Of a stretch of DNA of 25,248 bases, positions 1-10,670 are shown in pieces. Source of the stretch: Octopus sinensis (Eukaryota); assembly GCF_006345805.1 (NCBI RefSeq), contig NW_021836123.1, forward strand, positions 1 to 25,248. The letters run 5' to 3'. The notes under the pieces were generated by a model that was not told the DNA's origin, did not search any database, and was given only the letters and a program-made list of their open reading frames with translations. The translations under genes were made by a program, and so were the position numbers. Each line of letters opens with the position of its first letter. Position 1 is the first letter of the stretch.

Positions 1-767
1 GAAAAAGCTCTTATTAATAGCATTGTATCTGTTTCCTACTACTTCCATCTCATGCTGTCTTTTTCATCTATCACAAAAATATATACAGAAAACTGTGAAT
101 TTGGCTTGAAGGACAGATACCATCATTATAATGAGTTTAGCATTAAAATCAGAGGTTTTTAAGCATTGCTAATTCTTCATCTCGATGATGAGATTGACGG
201 AGTCGAAAATCTTGTAGATGACGATGATCTTCCGCAAGAACTTGTGACCTACTTTAGATTATCGTACCTATGATAAGTGTGAAGTAAAGGAATGAGACCA
301 CGAAGGAATTCTCCCTAGTTTCCCATTGTCGAACATCTTGTAGATGACGATGATCCTCCTGCTAGAACTTGTGACCTACTTTGGATTATCGTACCTAAGA
401 AGAGTGCAAAGTAAAGGAATCAGACTACAAAGGACTTCTCCCTAGTTTCCTATTGTTAGTTGGAATGTCCGCTTTAAAACAGAATCGGATATGCCTCGCA
501 CTAATAACCTTTTAGAGGGATTTCACAACGCCCTACAAATTTCCTTAATTTGTTCACATCCGAATATATGGAAAATTACTACTGCATTGAGAAGGGAAGA
601 ACACTTGGCATAGCTGAGAAAGGTTGAATTTGATGGAGGTGGGATCTGCGAGACCAAACAAAAATAAAAGAAACGATATAAGCAAACGGATAAGTATTGA
701 GCGACATAGTCCCGAAAATAAGATGGATTTTATATGAGCAATAGCCCCTAACCTTCATTTTTATTGA
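1..767 (+). pseudogene. Mutator-like (MULE) DDE transposase, C-terminal part, with frameshifts and stops
   Basis: Hand translation across frameshifts gives EKALINS..., CLFHLSQ (CxxH), EFGLKDRYH..EFSIKIRGF*AL, DDDLPQELVTYF, then WNVRFKTESDMPRTNNLLEGFHNALQ..HPNIWK from 461, and AIAPNLHFY* ending at 767. PRTNNxxEGxHN and HPNIW are established MULE C-terminal motifs. Confidence 0.85.
202..455 (+). repeat. Imperfect tandem duplication (period about 126 bp) inside the MULE CDS
   Basis: gtcgaa.atcttgtagatgacgatgat...ccctagtttcc.attgt occurs starting at 202 and at 328. Confidence 0.9.
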
Positions 768-843
768 AACTTTTAGTAATAATTTTAGGTTTTACTCGAC
801 TTTTTATTTCATCCTTATTCAACGTTTTATTTTTCTAATATCG

Positions 844-924
844 GGAGTGAAATTGACTGGTAGTCAAATTACCGGAGTCAAAATACTGGGGGTGAAGTTA
901 TCAGGATTCAAATTGCCTGTCGCC
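844..924 (+). repeat. Five degenerate 15-bp units, probable right terminal repeat of the MULE
   Basis: Units are ggagtgaaattgact, ggtagtcaaattacc, ggagtcaaaatactg, ggggtgaagttatca and ggattcaaattgcct, followed by gtcgcc. They start about 80 bp after the transposase stop. Confidence 0.6.
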
Positions 925-1519
925 AATTCAGTCGATGTCTGAGGGATACGGGTTCGAGTGCAACTTTTTTCCATCTCATAAGGGTACCCAGTCTTTCTCT
1001 GCTATCTCTACAGCTTTACTGGTTTGAAATGTCCTTCCTTATCTGCAAGGTATCGCGTTTAAAATGGTTAAGTATGTTATCATTTATTATGCAGAAGAGA
1101 TAACATTACATGACAGGGAGTAGCTTTAATGGAAGAAAAACATTCGCAAAATATATATTCCTACGTCTCTTATTAGAGAGACTAATGAGTGTTTCTCTCG
1201 ATGCCACAGGGAATGTTAACCATCTTCTAATTTATGTCCCAGATTCCAGATACAGTTTTGAAGAATCACATGAATACTTTGATCACCTATAAACAAAAAG
1301 AAACTTGTTACTATGGAATTGCTTCAACGTAATCATTGGAGACCTCCGCTTCAATGAAGAAGCAGGCTGAAGCAAGAACTGACCAAATGCTATAGAAAGA
1401 TAAAGCTTTAGCAAACCAAAAGAGAAGCGAGCATAATTACTACGTTTGTGTGCAATAAGGGGTCTCATGATAACAAACACTGTGTCCGGAAAAGAATGTC
1501 TGGAAGCTAAATCATATAA

Positions 1520-2443
1520 TATTATTCTTCAATTCATTACTTTGAACAACGATCGTCAAGTTTGCTTTGGCAATTCTAAAGATATTTTGGTGTCACGAAT
1601 TGTGTCACCAAAACAGATAAAATAACCTTTAAAGTTCAATACCTGAACTTCAAATTTACTATCCAACATATACAAAACGCAATATCCCATACAACCTAGC
1701 CGAGAAAATGTGTACGTTTGTGGAGGATGTGAGAATCAGAGACAAAGCCTAACAAAACTAAAAGAATCTCTACCCAATCAAAATATCCGTCTCTACTCAT
1801 AGAAATGGTGTACAGCTTGATATAGAAATACCCATACAAGAACTTAGGGCCACCCGAGGATGAGGAAAACGAGAACAGATCATACCAGTTATAGTGGCAC
1901 ACAACCCATGTTACCGGAATACCTTAAGCATTGCAAATCAAACTTGCCGATCATTATTCAAAGTAATGAATTAGAAGATATAATCACGGATGGAGTAATG
2001 GCTCTAAGTAAAAGACAGTGGAAAGACTTGAAACATTAATAAAGGCAAAGTGTGATCTTAGCAACAATACGAATCATTCATTGTGTCTAAGTACAATGAT
2101 AATCGATGTGGGACATGTCAGTTCATACATATCGGTCAATATTGGAACAAAAAATAAACGGAAGAATATTGCAAATGTAAATATGAACTGCAAAAGCAGA
2201 AATTAATTTACTGCATCAAATGCCAGAATTCTGAAGAGATATACGTTGGCCAGACTTGGAATGCACTAGTGGAACGGTCACGTGTGCTCTAACAGTAAAT
2301 AAGAGATCTGATGTCGGCCAGATGATCCCTTTAACCGACCACTGGCAACTTGTGGTCTACACAACTGAAGACAAGGCGAGAGAAACGTTAGAGAGAAAAA
2401 AATTATTGATAAACTGAAACCATTTTTAAATGGGCAAAACTAA
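1520..2443 (+). mobile_element. Penelope-like retroelement remnant (RT thumb plus GIY-YIG endonuclease)
   Basis: Fragments read YLNF..YPTYTKRNIPYNLAEKMCTFVED, SKRQWKDLK, RCGTCQFI, MNCKSRN, IYCIKCQNSEEIYVGQT (2206-2256) and IDKLKPFLNGQN* (2405-2443). This is the PLE Cys-rich linker plus GIY-YIG order. Many frameshifts; the 5' limit is uncertain. Confidence 0.8.
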
Positions 2444-2465
2444 TAATAGTATATAGATGTAACGG

Positions 2466-2680
2466 TGATGACTGGAATGATGATGATGATGATGATGATT
2501 ATGATGATGATGATATAATAATAATAATAATAATAATATAATAATATAATAATAATAGTAATAATAATATAATGATGATGATAATAATAATAAAAATGAT
2601 GATGATGATGATGATAATATTAATAATAATAATGATGATGATAATAATAATAATAATAATAATAAGAATAATAATAATAA
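2466..2680 (+). repeat. (GAT)n/(AAT)n microsatellite
   Basis: Seen directly in the sequence. Confidence 0.97.
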
Positions 2681-4216
2681 TTCAGTCTGTTAGATGTTGA
2701 CACAGTCATAATGAGCCTAGAGCAGAGCAACATACAAATATTTAGGATAAATGAAGGCTCTGGTATTCAGCATGCAAGCATGAAAGAGAAAATCAGGAAG
2801 GAATGTTATAGGAGAGTTCGTGCAGTCCTGAAATCTGAACTAATGCACGTAACAAGGTGTTAGCTATAAATTCCTTAGCAGTTCAAGTGTTACTTATAGC
2901 TACAATGTGTTGAACTGGAATATGAGTGAAGTAAAGAATATAGATAGGAAAATACGCAAGCTGCTGAGTTGTAATAGGATGCACCACCCAAGGCAGACGT
3001 AGATCGCCTTTACCTTCCCTAGCCCAAGGAGGTCGAGGCCTGATCCATTTGAACTAGCTTACAAAACAACCACAACTGGACTGGCCAAATATCTCGAAAT
3101 AACAAATGACTGGATGCTAAAGCTCGTGGAAATCACGAGAGACGAAAGAAGCTTCATTCTATCATAAAAGAACGCAAAAAATTTTGCTATTGATCTCGTG
3201 CAGGATACCCAAACTGAACAACCCGAGGAAGTACGGCAGCTATTGTTGCAAAGAAGGTAAACTAATGGCAACGAAAAAAGCGCACGAGCAATTGGCTGAT
3301 AGGTGGGAGAGAAACCTCTGCACGGCAATTTGTGGCCCGCAGCAAACAAGCTGATGTTGACCAGAAGCAAACCCATCAGTGGCTACGGAGCTCAGGGCTA
3401 AAAGCAGAGAGCGAAGGTTCATCCTGGCTGCTCAAGATCAAAGCCTATTAACCCGGAACTACCAGGCCAATGTGATGAAAATGGAGCAGACCCAAAAATG
3501 CCGATTCTGCAACGACATGATTGAAACAGTGGACCACCTAATCTCTGGATGTAAAGTCTTAGCACCAGTGGAGTATAAATTAAGACATGACAGAGTTGGC
3601 CAATATCTCCACTGGCTAATAAGTCGGCATTACAATATCAAAACTGCCGACAAGTGGTATAATCACCACCCTGAGGCTGTAACTGAAGGAGAAATGTAAC
3701 CATTCTGTGGGACTTTCCAGTACATACAGACCGAACCATCAAGGCCATAAACAGATATTGTTATGAAGACCAAAACAATAAGTTTGCTTATTGATCGACA
3801 TGAGCATCCCCTGTGATCATAATATCTCGGCGAAAGAGTTTGACAAGCTCAGAAAATAAAAGACTACTCATTGAATTGAGAAAATGTGGCAATCTCAGGG
3901 CGGTTTACATACCAGTGATCGTAGGAGCACTAGGAATGATCAAGAAGGGACCGAAAATTATATGACAATATCCCTGGCTTACCATCCCTGCAAGAAGTGC
4001 AAAAGATTGTCTTAACTGGTATACACACGTATTGAGAAGAGCATTGTCGATGTGAGAACTATTACTACCCATGTATTTTAATTTAACTTTAAAAACAAAA
4101 CGAACTAGTGAGTTTAGTTAATGGCCCTACCAATGTATACTATGATTTTCTCTGCCCTAGGAGTCGGGAAGACACTCGGGAAGAAATGGAAGCAAATTGA
4201 AAGAAGGAAAAAAAAA

Positions 4217-4217
<1 letters not shown>
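2681..4217 (+). mobile_element. 5'-truncated non-LTR retrotransposon with REL endonuclease (R4/Dong-like), degenerate
   Basis: YKYLG at about 2733, then MHHPxADVDRLYLP..GGRGL, GFILAAQDQSLLTRNY, the CCHC finger CRFCNDMIETVDHLISGC, RHDRV, LWDFPVHTDRTIKA, PVIVGALGMIKK and HVLRRALSM* (stop at 4055). The 3' UTR runs to an A-run joined to (TAA)n at 4218. Confidence 0.88.
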
Positions 4218-4260
<43 letters not shown>

Positions 4261-4292
4261 TAATAATATGATAATGATAAATAATAATAATA

Positions 4293-4330
<38 letters not shown>

Positions 4331-4379
4331 ATAATAATGCTAATAATAATAATGATAATAATAATAATAATGATAATAT
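4218..4379 (+). repeat. (AAT)n microsatellite
   Basis: Seen directly in the sequence. Confidence 0.97.
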
Positions 4380-4680
4380 AATAGGCCAGATATAGTAATA
4401 TAGTTATACAAGATCACCAAGTAAAAATGACCATGTTTCTCTAAAAAAATGGCGAAACTGAAAGTACAAAGATCTGAAAATAGAAGTAACTCAAATTTGG
4501 AGCCTAAAAAATAAAAACAGTTCCTATTATTGTAGGCACATTAGGTATGATAAAAAAAAACACCAAAAATAATTCAGACAAACACATAACAAAAGCGCCA
4601 GGACTTGCAAGTATATATGATATGCAGAAAATAGCCCCACCAGGCACACAGAGTTGTGCTCAGTAGTGCAGTGAAAGGAA
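4380..4680 (+). mobile_element. Second, divergent REL-endonuclease C-terminal fragment (R4/Dong-like)
   Basis: NRPDIV at 4380, then KYKDLKIEVTQIWSLK, TVPIIVGTLGMIKK and KAPGLASIYDMQKIA. These match the same region as the end of the 2681-4217 element but at low DNA identity. Confidence 0.75.
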
Positions 4681-4699
4681 TAATAATCATTTCTATTAT

Positions 4700-4900
4700 A
4701 AGCAGAAGGCCTGAAATTTGGGGGGAGGGTGTTTGTTGATTATATCAACCCCAGTGTTTCAATGATACTCAATATATTGACCCCAAAAGTATGTAAGGCA
4801 AAGTCAACTCAGCAGAAATCTGAAACTCAGAATGTAGCAACGGGGAAATACTGCTAAGCATTTCATCCAGCATGCTAACAATCCTCCAGCTCACTGCCCC
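4700..4900 (-). mobile_element. Degenerate SINE of the same family as the 17.3-19.2 kb array unit
   Basis: Reverse complement reads ggggcagtgagctggaggattgttagcatgctggatgaaatgcttagcagtatttc...gagtttcagatttctgctgagttgactttgcc, matching the head and body at 12358 and 17306. Confidence 0.75.
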
Positions 4901-4959
4901 AATAATAATAATAATAATAATAATGATAATAATAATAATAATAATAATAATGATAATAA

Positions 4960-5512
4960 ATGCCCTGATGCAGTACCAGGCAGTGGCTCTCATGGCTTCT
5001 GATCTTAACTGATTGAAGTGTTATCATGTACATTGTTTTGTCTTGGTATAAAAGATGGGCTACAGCAAATATTCTGCTCAATACCACAGATTTGCTTGTC
5101 AGTTGTTTGACCTTAACCAGTTGAGCATGTCCATTAGTGGCTGACGATATGTGCATCTCTGATCACGAGCAGAAGAGTGTGGGGGGAGCATCATGGCCAT
5201 GTGTTGAGAGGGATTCTTTGGAGTTTCAATGGTTCACCTCTGGAGACATAGGTGTTTCGTTCAACATCCTAAAGCAACCTTATTCAAGGACCTTTTGAGC
5301 ATGATGGGCTACTCAACCTGAAGAAAATTCTAACTGGGCCCCATCTGCAAGGTCATGTGCTGTTTATCTTGATATGAGATCACCATGTCGCGCACATATG
5401 GTTGTGATGCATGTGCCTGGTGTACCTTTATCAGACGGTAGTCATATGGGTATATTTGGCTTCGTATATTTTACCCCAGTGTCACTTTGATGGCATGACT
5501 GCTCTCTCACTC
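4960..5512 (+). mobile_element. About 550-bp non-coding interspersed element bounded by (AAT)n on both sides
   Basis: Complex sequence with sharp junctions to AAT runs (4901-4959 and from 5513). Its last about 105 bp recur at 5780-5888. Orientation is inferred from the AAT tail. Confidence 0.65.
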
Positions 5513-5564
5513 AATAATAATAATAATAATAAAATAATGATGATATAATAATAATATAATAATG

Positions 5565-5616
<52 letters not shown>

Positions 5617-5691
5617 TGATGATATAATAATAATATAATAATAATATGATAATAATAATAATAATGATATAATAATAATAATAATAATATG

Positions 5692-5724
<33 letters not shown>

Positions 5725-5750
5725 TGATGATAATAATAATAATAATAATA

Positions 5751-5782
<32 letters not shown>

Positions 5783-6175
5783 CATGTGCCTGGTGTACCT
5801 TTGTCAGACGGTAGTCATGATGGGTATATTGGGCTTCGTATATTTTACCCAGGTCACTTTGATGGCAGAACTGCTCTCTCTCTCATCAGATATTAATAAT
5901 AATGATGATAATGATAATGATAATATAATTATAGTACTAATATAATAATAATAATAAGGATAATGATAATGATAATAATAATATAATAATAATAATAATA
6001 ATAATATCATAATGATAATAATAATAGTAATAATAATGATAATATAATAATAATATTAATAGTATAAATAATAATATAATAATAATATTAATAATAATAA
6101 TAATAATAATAATATAATAATAATAATAATAGTAATAATAATAAATAATAATAATGATAATAATATATAATAATG

Positions 6176-6212
<37 letters not shown>

Positions 6213-6291
6213 TAATATATAATAATAATAATATTAATAGTAATAATAATAATAATAATAATAAATAATAATAATAATAATAATAATATTA

Positions 6292-6355
<64 letters not shown>

Positions 6356-6375
6356 TAATAATAATGATGATAATA
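5513..6375 (+). repeat. Long degenerate (AAT)n/(GAT)n tract, interrupted at 5780-5888
   Basis: Seen directly in the sequence. Confidence 0.97.
5780..5888 (+). mobile_element. 3' fragment copy of the 4960-5512 element
   Basis: atgcatgtgcctggtgtacctt.tcagacggtagtcat...gtcactttgatggca...ctgctctctc is near-identical to about 5408-5510. Confidence 0.9.
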
Positions 6376-6377
6376 AC

Positions 6378-6588
6378 TTCTACTAAAGGCAGAAGGCCTG
6401 AAATTTGGGGAAGGATGATGAGTCAATTACAATGACCCCAGTGTTTCACTGATAGTTAATTTATTGACCCCTGAAAGGATGAAAGTGAAAGTCTACCTTG
6501 GTGGAATTTGAACTCAGAACATAAAGGTGAATAAAATGCTGCTAAGCATTTTGTCCAATGTGCTAATGTTTCTGCCATCTTGCCGCCA
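6378..6588 (-). mobile_element. SINE of the array-unit family
   Basis: gacccctgaaaggatgaaagtgaaagtctaccttggtggaatttgaactcagaac...gtttctgccatcttgccgcc is the reverse complement of the head, B box and body. Confidence 0.8.
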
Positions 6589-6643
6589 TAATGATAATGA
6601 TGATGATGAAGATAAAAACAATTTTGGTAAAGTGGAATATATA

Positions 6644-6800
6644 GTCCATTAATCAACCCCAGTACTCAACTGGTACCTATTTTACTGACCCTAACAGGAT
6701 GAAAGGCAAAGTCAGCTTCATGGTAATCAGAATTTGGAATGTAAAGTCAGAAGAAATGCTACTAAGCGTTTTGCCTGATGTGCTCACATTTCCGTCACCT
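6644..6800 (-). mobile_element. Older SINE copy of the same family
   Basis: aaccccagtactcaactggtacctat...ggatgaaaggcaaagtc...ctaagcgttttgcctg. Confidence 0.7.
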
Positions 6801-7341
6801 TAACAACAATAACAACAACAACAATACTAATAATAAAATGCGCTGTTTAGCCTTGGTCAACCCTGACTGTGCAGGCCTGAGATCAAAAGCATTCTAGCTG
6901 TGACCATCCTGTCTTTTCCTATTTGCAATGACCATATAACCATGTGAGTTCACATGTCCTGTTTTAAGATACGAGGCAGATGTGGCTGCTACATCTAACA
7001 GACCGAACCACCACATACACGATCTCTCATTGGTTCATTATTAGCTTGTGCAAATAAATAGACAGGAACAGTTTGACAGGACCCTGCTTAGATTTTCAGT
7101 AGACGCATCAGATAGCATTTTTATCTGATGTACTTACTACTACCACAGATAACTGTGGTTGTTCAATAGGATTGAGTATTGGGTATATCTATTGATGAGG
7201 GGGTCTATTCATATCCGTTCCCTGTCTTCAGTCATCATATGTTGTCAGAATCATAAGGATGCCTTCCTCACACTCATATTTGGGTATTTTAAACATGATG
7301 TAGCTAACCCCGCTCTCTGTCAAACCACAGTGGAAATCTTT

Positions 7342-7347
<6 letters not shown>

Positions 7348-7395
<48 letters not shown>

Positions 7396-7402
7396 ATGAG
7401 AG
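7348..7402 (+). repeat. (AG)n microsatellite
   Basis: Seen directly in the sequence. Confidence 0.97.
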
Positions 7403-8547
7403 AGTGCAAAATATAATGATGTGTTCCTTTCAGTACCTGATGTTGTATTGAAAGAATGAAAAAGCAAAGTTGACGTTGATGGGATTTGAACTCAGGGCAC
7501 AGAATGCCAGAATGACTACTTCAATACATTCTAAGCAATCCGCTAAAAATCCTGTCGAATCCCCAAGTAACAACTGGCAGGTATTTAATGCATGGAACAT
7601 GCTTGATGGAGTTGAAAGGCAAGGGGAGGTAATCCCTGTTTTTCTTTACCAGTGAGTGTTGCTAATTAAACCATCACCCATGTTGCTAATTGCACTTTAA
7701 TTAGCAGATCGTTTGCAGTCATTATCTCCTGTGTTAACATTTCCTTTATTTACATTTGACAGCAGTTCATTATAAAAGATCTATTTGAAATGTCTCATCT
7801 TGTCAATCGGCTTCTACTATTTGGTTATTAATAACCAAATTTTGAATATGTTTTCATAATGATGCCTTTAATGGACTTATGTCTGCAAGTTTATTTGAAG
7901 TATGATAATTTTTTTGTTTTTATTCCAGTTTGTGAATTTGTTTCATATTAAAATTTTGTATGAAGTCACTACGTTTTACCCCCTTAATACATTTTGTTTG
8001 ATTTTTAAATTTTAAAATTTAAAGCAAGATAAAATGAAAGAAAAACAGTTTTCATTAGGAGCAGTGTTATATATTTTTTAATATAAAAATGAGAAATTTA
8101 AAAGCAAATATTTGAACAGCATTGTTAAAACAACAACATTGTGTAATTCCTTCTGTCAAATATATTCTTCAGAAAAGAACAAGCATTATCAATGTATTCT
8201 GTTTTTTTTTTTAATTAATTCTTCTCAATTCAATTTAGCTGTTTTCAAATTATTTCAGAGATTGCACTTGTGTAGATAATGCAACACTTAAGGGACATTG
8301 ATAATTGAACAAGACAAGTTTACATGTTTTCAGTTAATAATCTCATTACTTAGTTTCAACAGGAATAATCCTTTACAAGAGTCTTCCCCATGACCACCAC
8401 CTCTCCTCCCGCTCATCCTTCCACACCTTCTCTTCAGGCTAAAAAATTATTCTCAATTTTCAGTTTTCCAGGAAGCAAACGAATGTATCTGCCAATAATT
8501 TCCCAGACATATTTTGATATTGTTGAGCAACAGACAACTGACTAAAA

Positions 8548-8581
<34 letters not shown>

Positions 8582-8711
8582 ACATATTGAATTCTTCAGG
8601 CTGGAATTACCTATAAAAGATATTTATATTGGAGTATTAGAGTGGATGGGGATGGGGGGAAGGAAGAATATTTTTAAATCCTTCATTTACTGATGAAGTA
8701 ATTTTAATTAC

Positions 8712-9252
8712 ACAAGACCCGGCAGGACAAGTGAGACCATAACCCGTGGCCTCTACACGGGATGTAGCCAGTCCACTTATGCATACCGCTCCTTCTTGGG
8801 ACACAAAACTCTACTTGTGAAGACCTGTTGAGGCAAGTGAGAATCGTAATCGATCAGCATCAATGGAAATTGCAGCTGTGATACTAGTGCCGGTGGCACG
8901 TAAGAGAACCATCCGAACGTGGCTGTTGCCAGCGCCGCCCTGACTGGCCTCATGCCGGTGGCACGTAAAAAGCACCATCTGTTCGTGGCCATTTGCCAGA
9001 CTCGCCTGGCCCCCGTGCCGGTGGCACGTAAAAAGCACCATCCAATCGTGGCCGTTTGCCAGACGGGCCTGGCACCTGTGTCGGTGGCACGTAAAAAGCA
9101 CCCACTACACTCAAGGAGTGGTTGGCGTTAGGAAGGGCATCCAGCCGTAGAAACATTGCCAGATCAGACTGGGCCTGCTGGCTTCCCAGACCCCAGTTGA
9201 ACCGTCCAACCAACCCATGCCAGCATGGAGCGGACGCTAAACGATGATGATG
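8712..9252 (+). mobile_element. RTE-LINE 3' UTR or its non-autonomous derivative, with four internal 63-65 bp subrepeats and a (GAT)n tail
   Basis: Colinear with 16075-16416, which follows an RTE ORF end. gtgccggtggcacgtaa-like motifs occur at 8887, 8952, 9015 and 9078, and the element ends in ctaaacgatgatgatgat. Confidence 0.8.
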
Positions 9253-9399
9253 ATTATGAATTTTATGAGTTAAAATAAACAAAAGACACTGGAACGCCAT
9301 CCTTCTCCACCGCCATTAATACAAAGATAATGAAGAACATAATCCAACCAACATCTATTTCACAAAGACACAAATATTAAAGTAAACAATATTCTAGAA

Positions 9400-10670
9400 A
9401 AAAACTTTCTTATTTTTTTTTTTTTTTGGTTTTCAAAGAATTTCATTCTCGTTGCTTTCTTTGAAATGTACAGTCCAGTTTTCCTTATTCTTGTTCCAAA
9501 CAATTCCGTCAATTTCTCGACTCTCTCTCTCTCCAACAGTACTGCTCTTTCCTCGCTACCAAACACCTCTTCATCCAGTCTTACTCTTATTAAATTCTTC
9601 ACCTTTGCAATCTTTTCCTCAATTCACACAATCTTATCGTAAATTATCATCATTCAGTCGGCTGCTTTCTTTGCCTCACATATTCCATTCTCCTCCTTAC
9701 TTCCCCTTTCCACTCCTCATATTTCTCCTCTTTGTCTATTTCTTCTCTCCTTCTTGTTGTTGGCTCTGGGGTTCGATTTTCACTCGTCTCTTTTCTCTAC
9801 TAATTTTTTCTCTTGTACTTTTACCGCTTTTTTCTTCTTTTTCAGTTTTGGGCGGTGACTCCGCACTTGTTCTTTTTCTGCCCCCTATTTCCTCCTCCTT
9901 TTCCTCCACCACTATTACTTCCTCCACCTCTGCTTAGTTCTCCGTTCTTTCCTCGTCTCTGGGGACACCTTGCCTTCATGTGTCCTCTTGTACCGCAATT
10001 ATAACATACTGGAGGCTTCCCCTCCACCACAATTCTCAACCGGGTGTCATCAGGGAGCACCAACTCCTCTGCTATCTTGTGCAAGTCAGGCAGGGTTATA
10101 TGGATCAAGATTTCCAGTCTAAATCCCCATCAGTTTATCTCAGCCAATTTTGCCACCTTGATAATCTTGGTCTCCTCCTCACAGTTGTACAGGATAGCTT
10201 CCAACAGCCATTCCTCCTCTATTTTGGGTGGCACTCTCCCTATCTGTACTCTTGCCACTCTTTTACCACATTAGGTTGGCAAAAGTGCCCACCTGGCTGA
10301 TCTCAACAGCATCGTGGAGTACTTTTTCGTTTCCTCCTCCTCCTCGTTCACGAAGTGAACCTCCACCGTGCCGTACTTCCTTCCCCGAGTATAAAACGTC
10401 GTTACTCCCTTCACTTCGCTCAGGCATTCATCTGCTACTTCCACTCTTTTTGTTTCTACATCCAGCATTCTGTATATATTATTTTCCTCTCTGCTCTTTC
10501 CATCGCTTCTCCCGGGGGTATCAGCCTAAGGCAGTCTCCCTCTTTTTTAAATAATCCTTGTACTTTCCGAAATCCTTCTGCTCCAACACAAATTCTTTCA
10601 ATCGCAGAATGTCAGCTGGCAGGCTTTTGCCCGCCACCGCGGCGTAACTGCCTATTCGTTGTTCCTCTAT
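9400..10670 (-). pseudogene. L1/Tx1-type ORF1 (gag-like, CCHC zinc knuckle) with in-frame stops and no ORF2 seen
   Basis: Collinear frames give EEQRIGSYAAVA, YGTVEVHF, ARVQIGRVPPKIEEEWLL, RLRIVVEGKPPV-CYNCGTRGHMKARC (9965-10006), then a long E/K-rich tail. The likely start ATG reads ATA at 10668-10670. Confidence 0.75.

Noticed and set aside
4121-6010. Poly-Ile/Tyr/Asn ORFs at 4121, 4769, 5507 and 5804
   Set aside because: They are translations of (AAT)n microsatellites.
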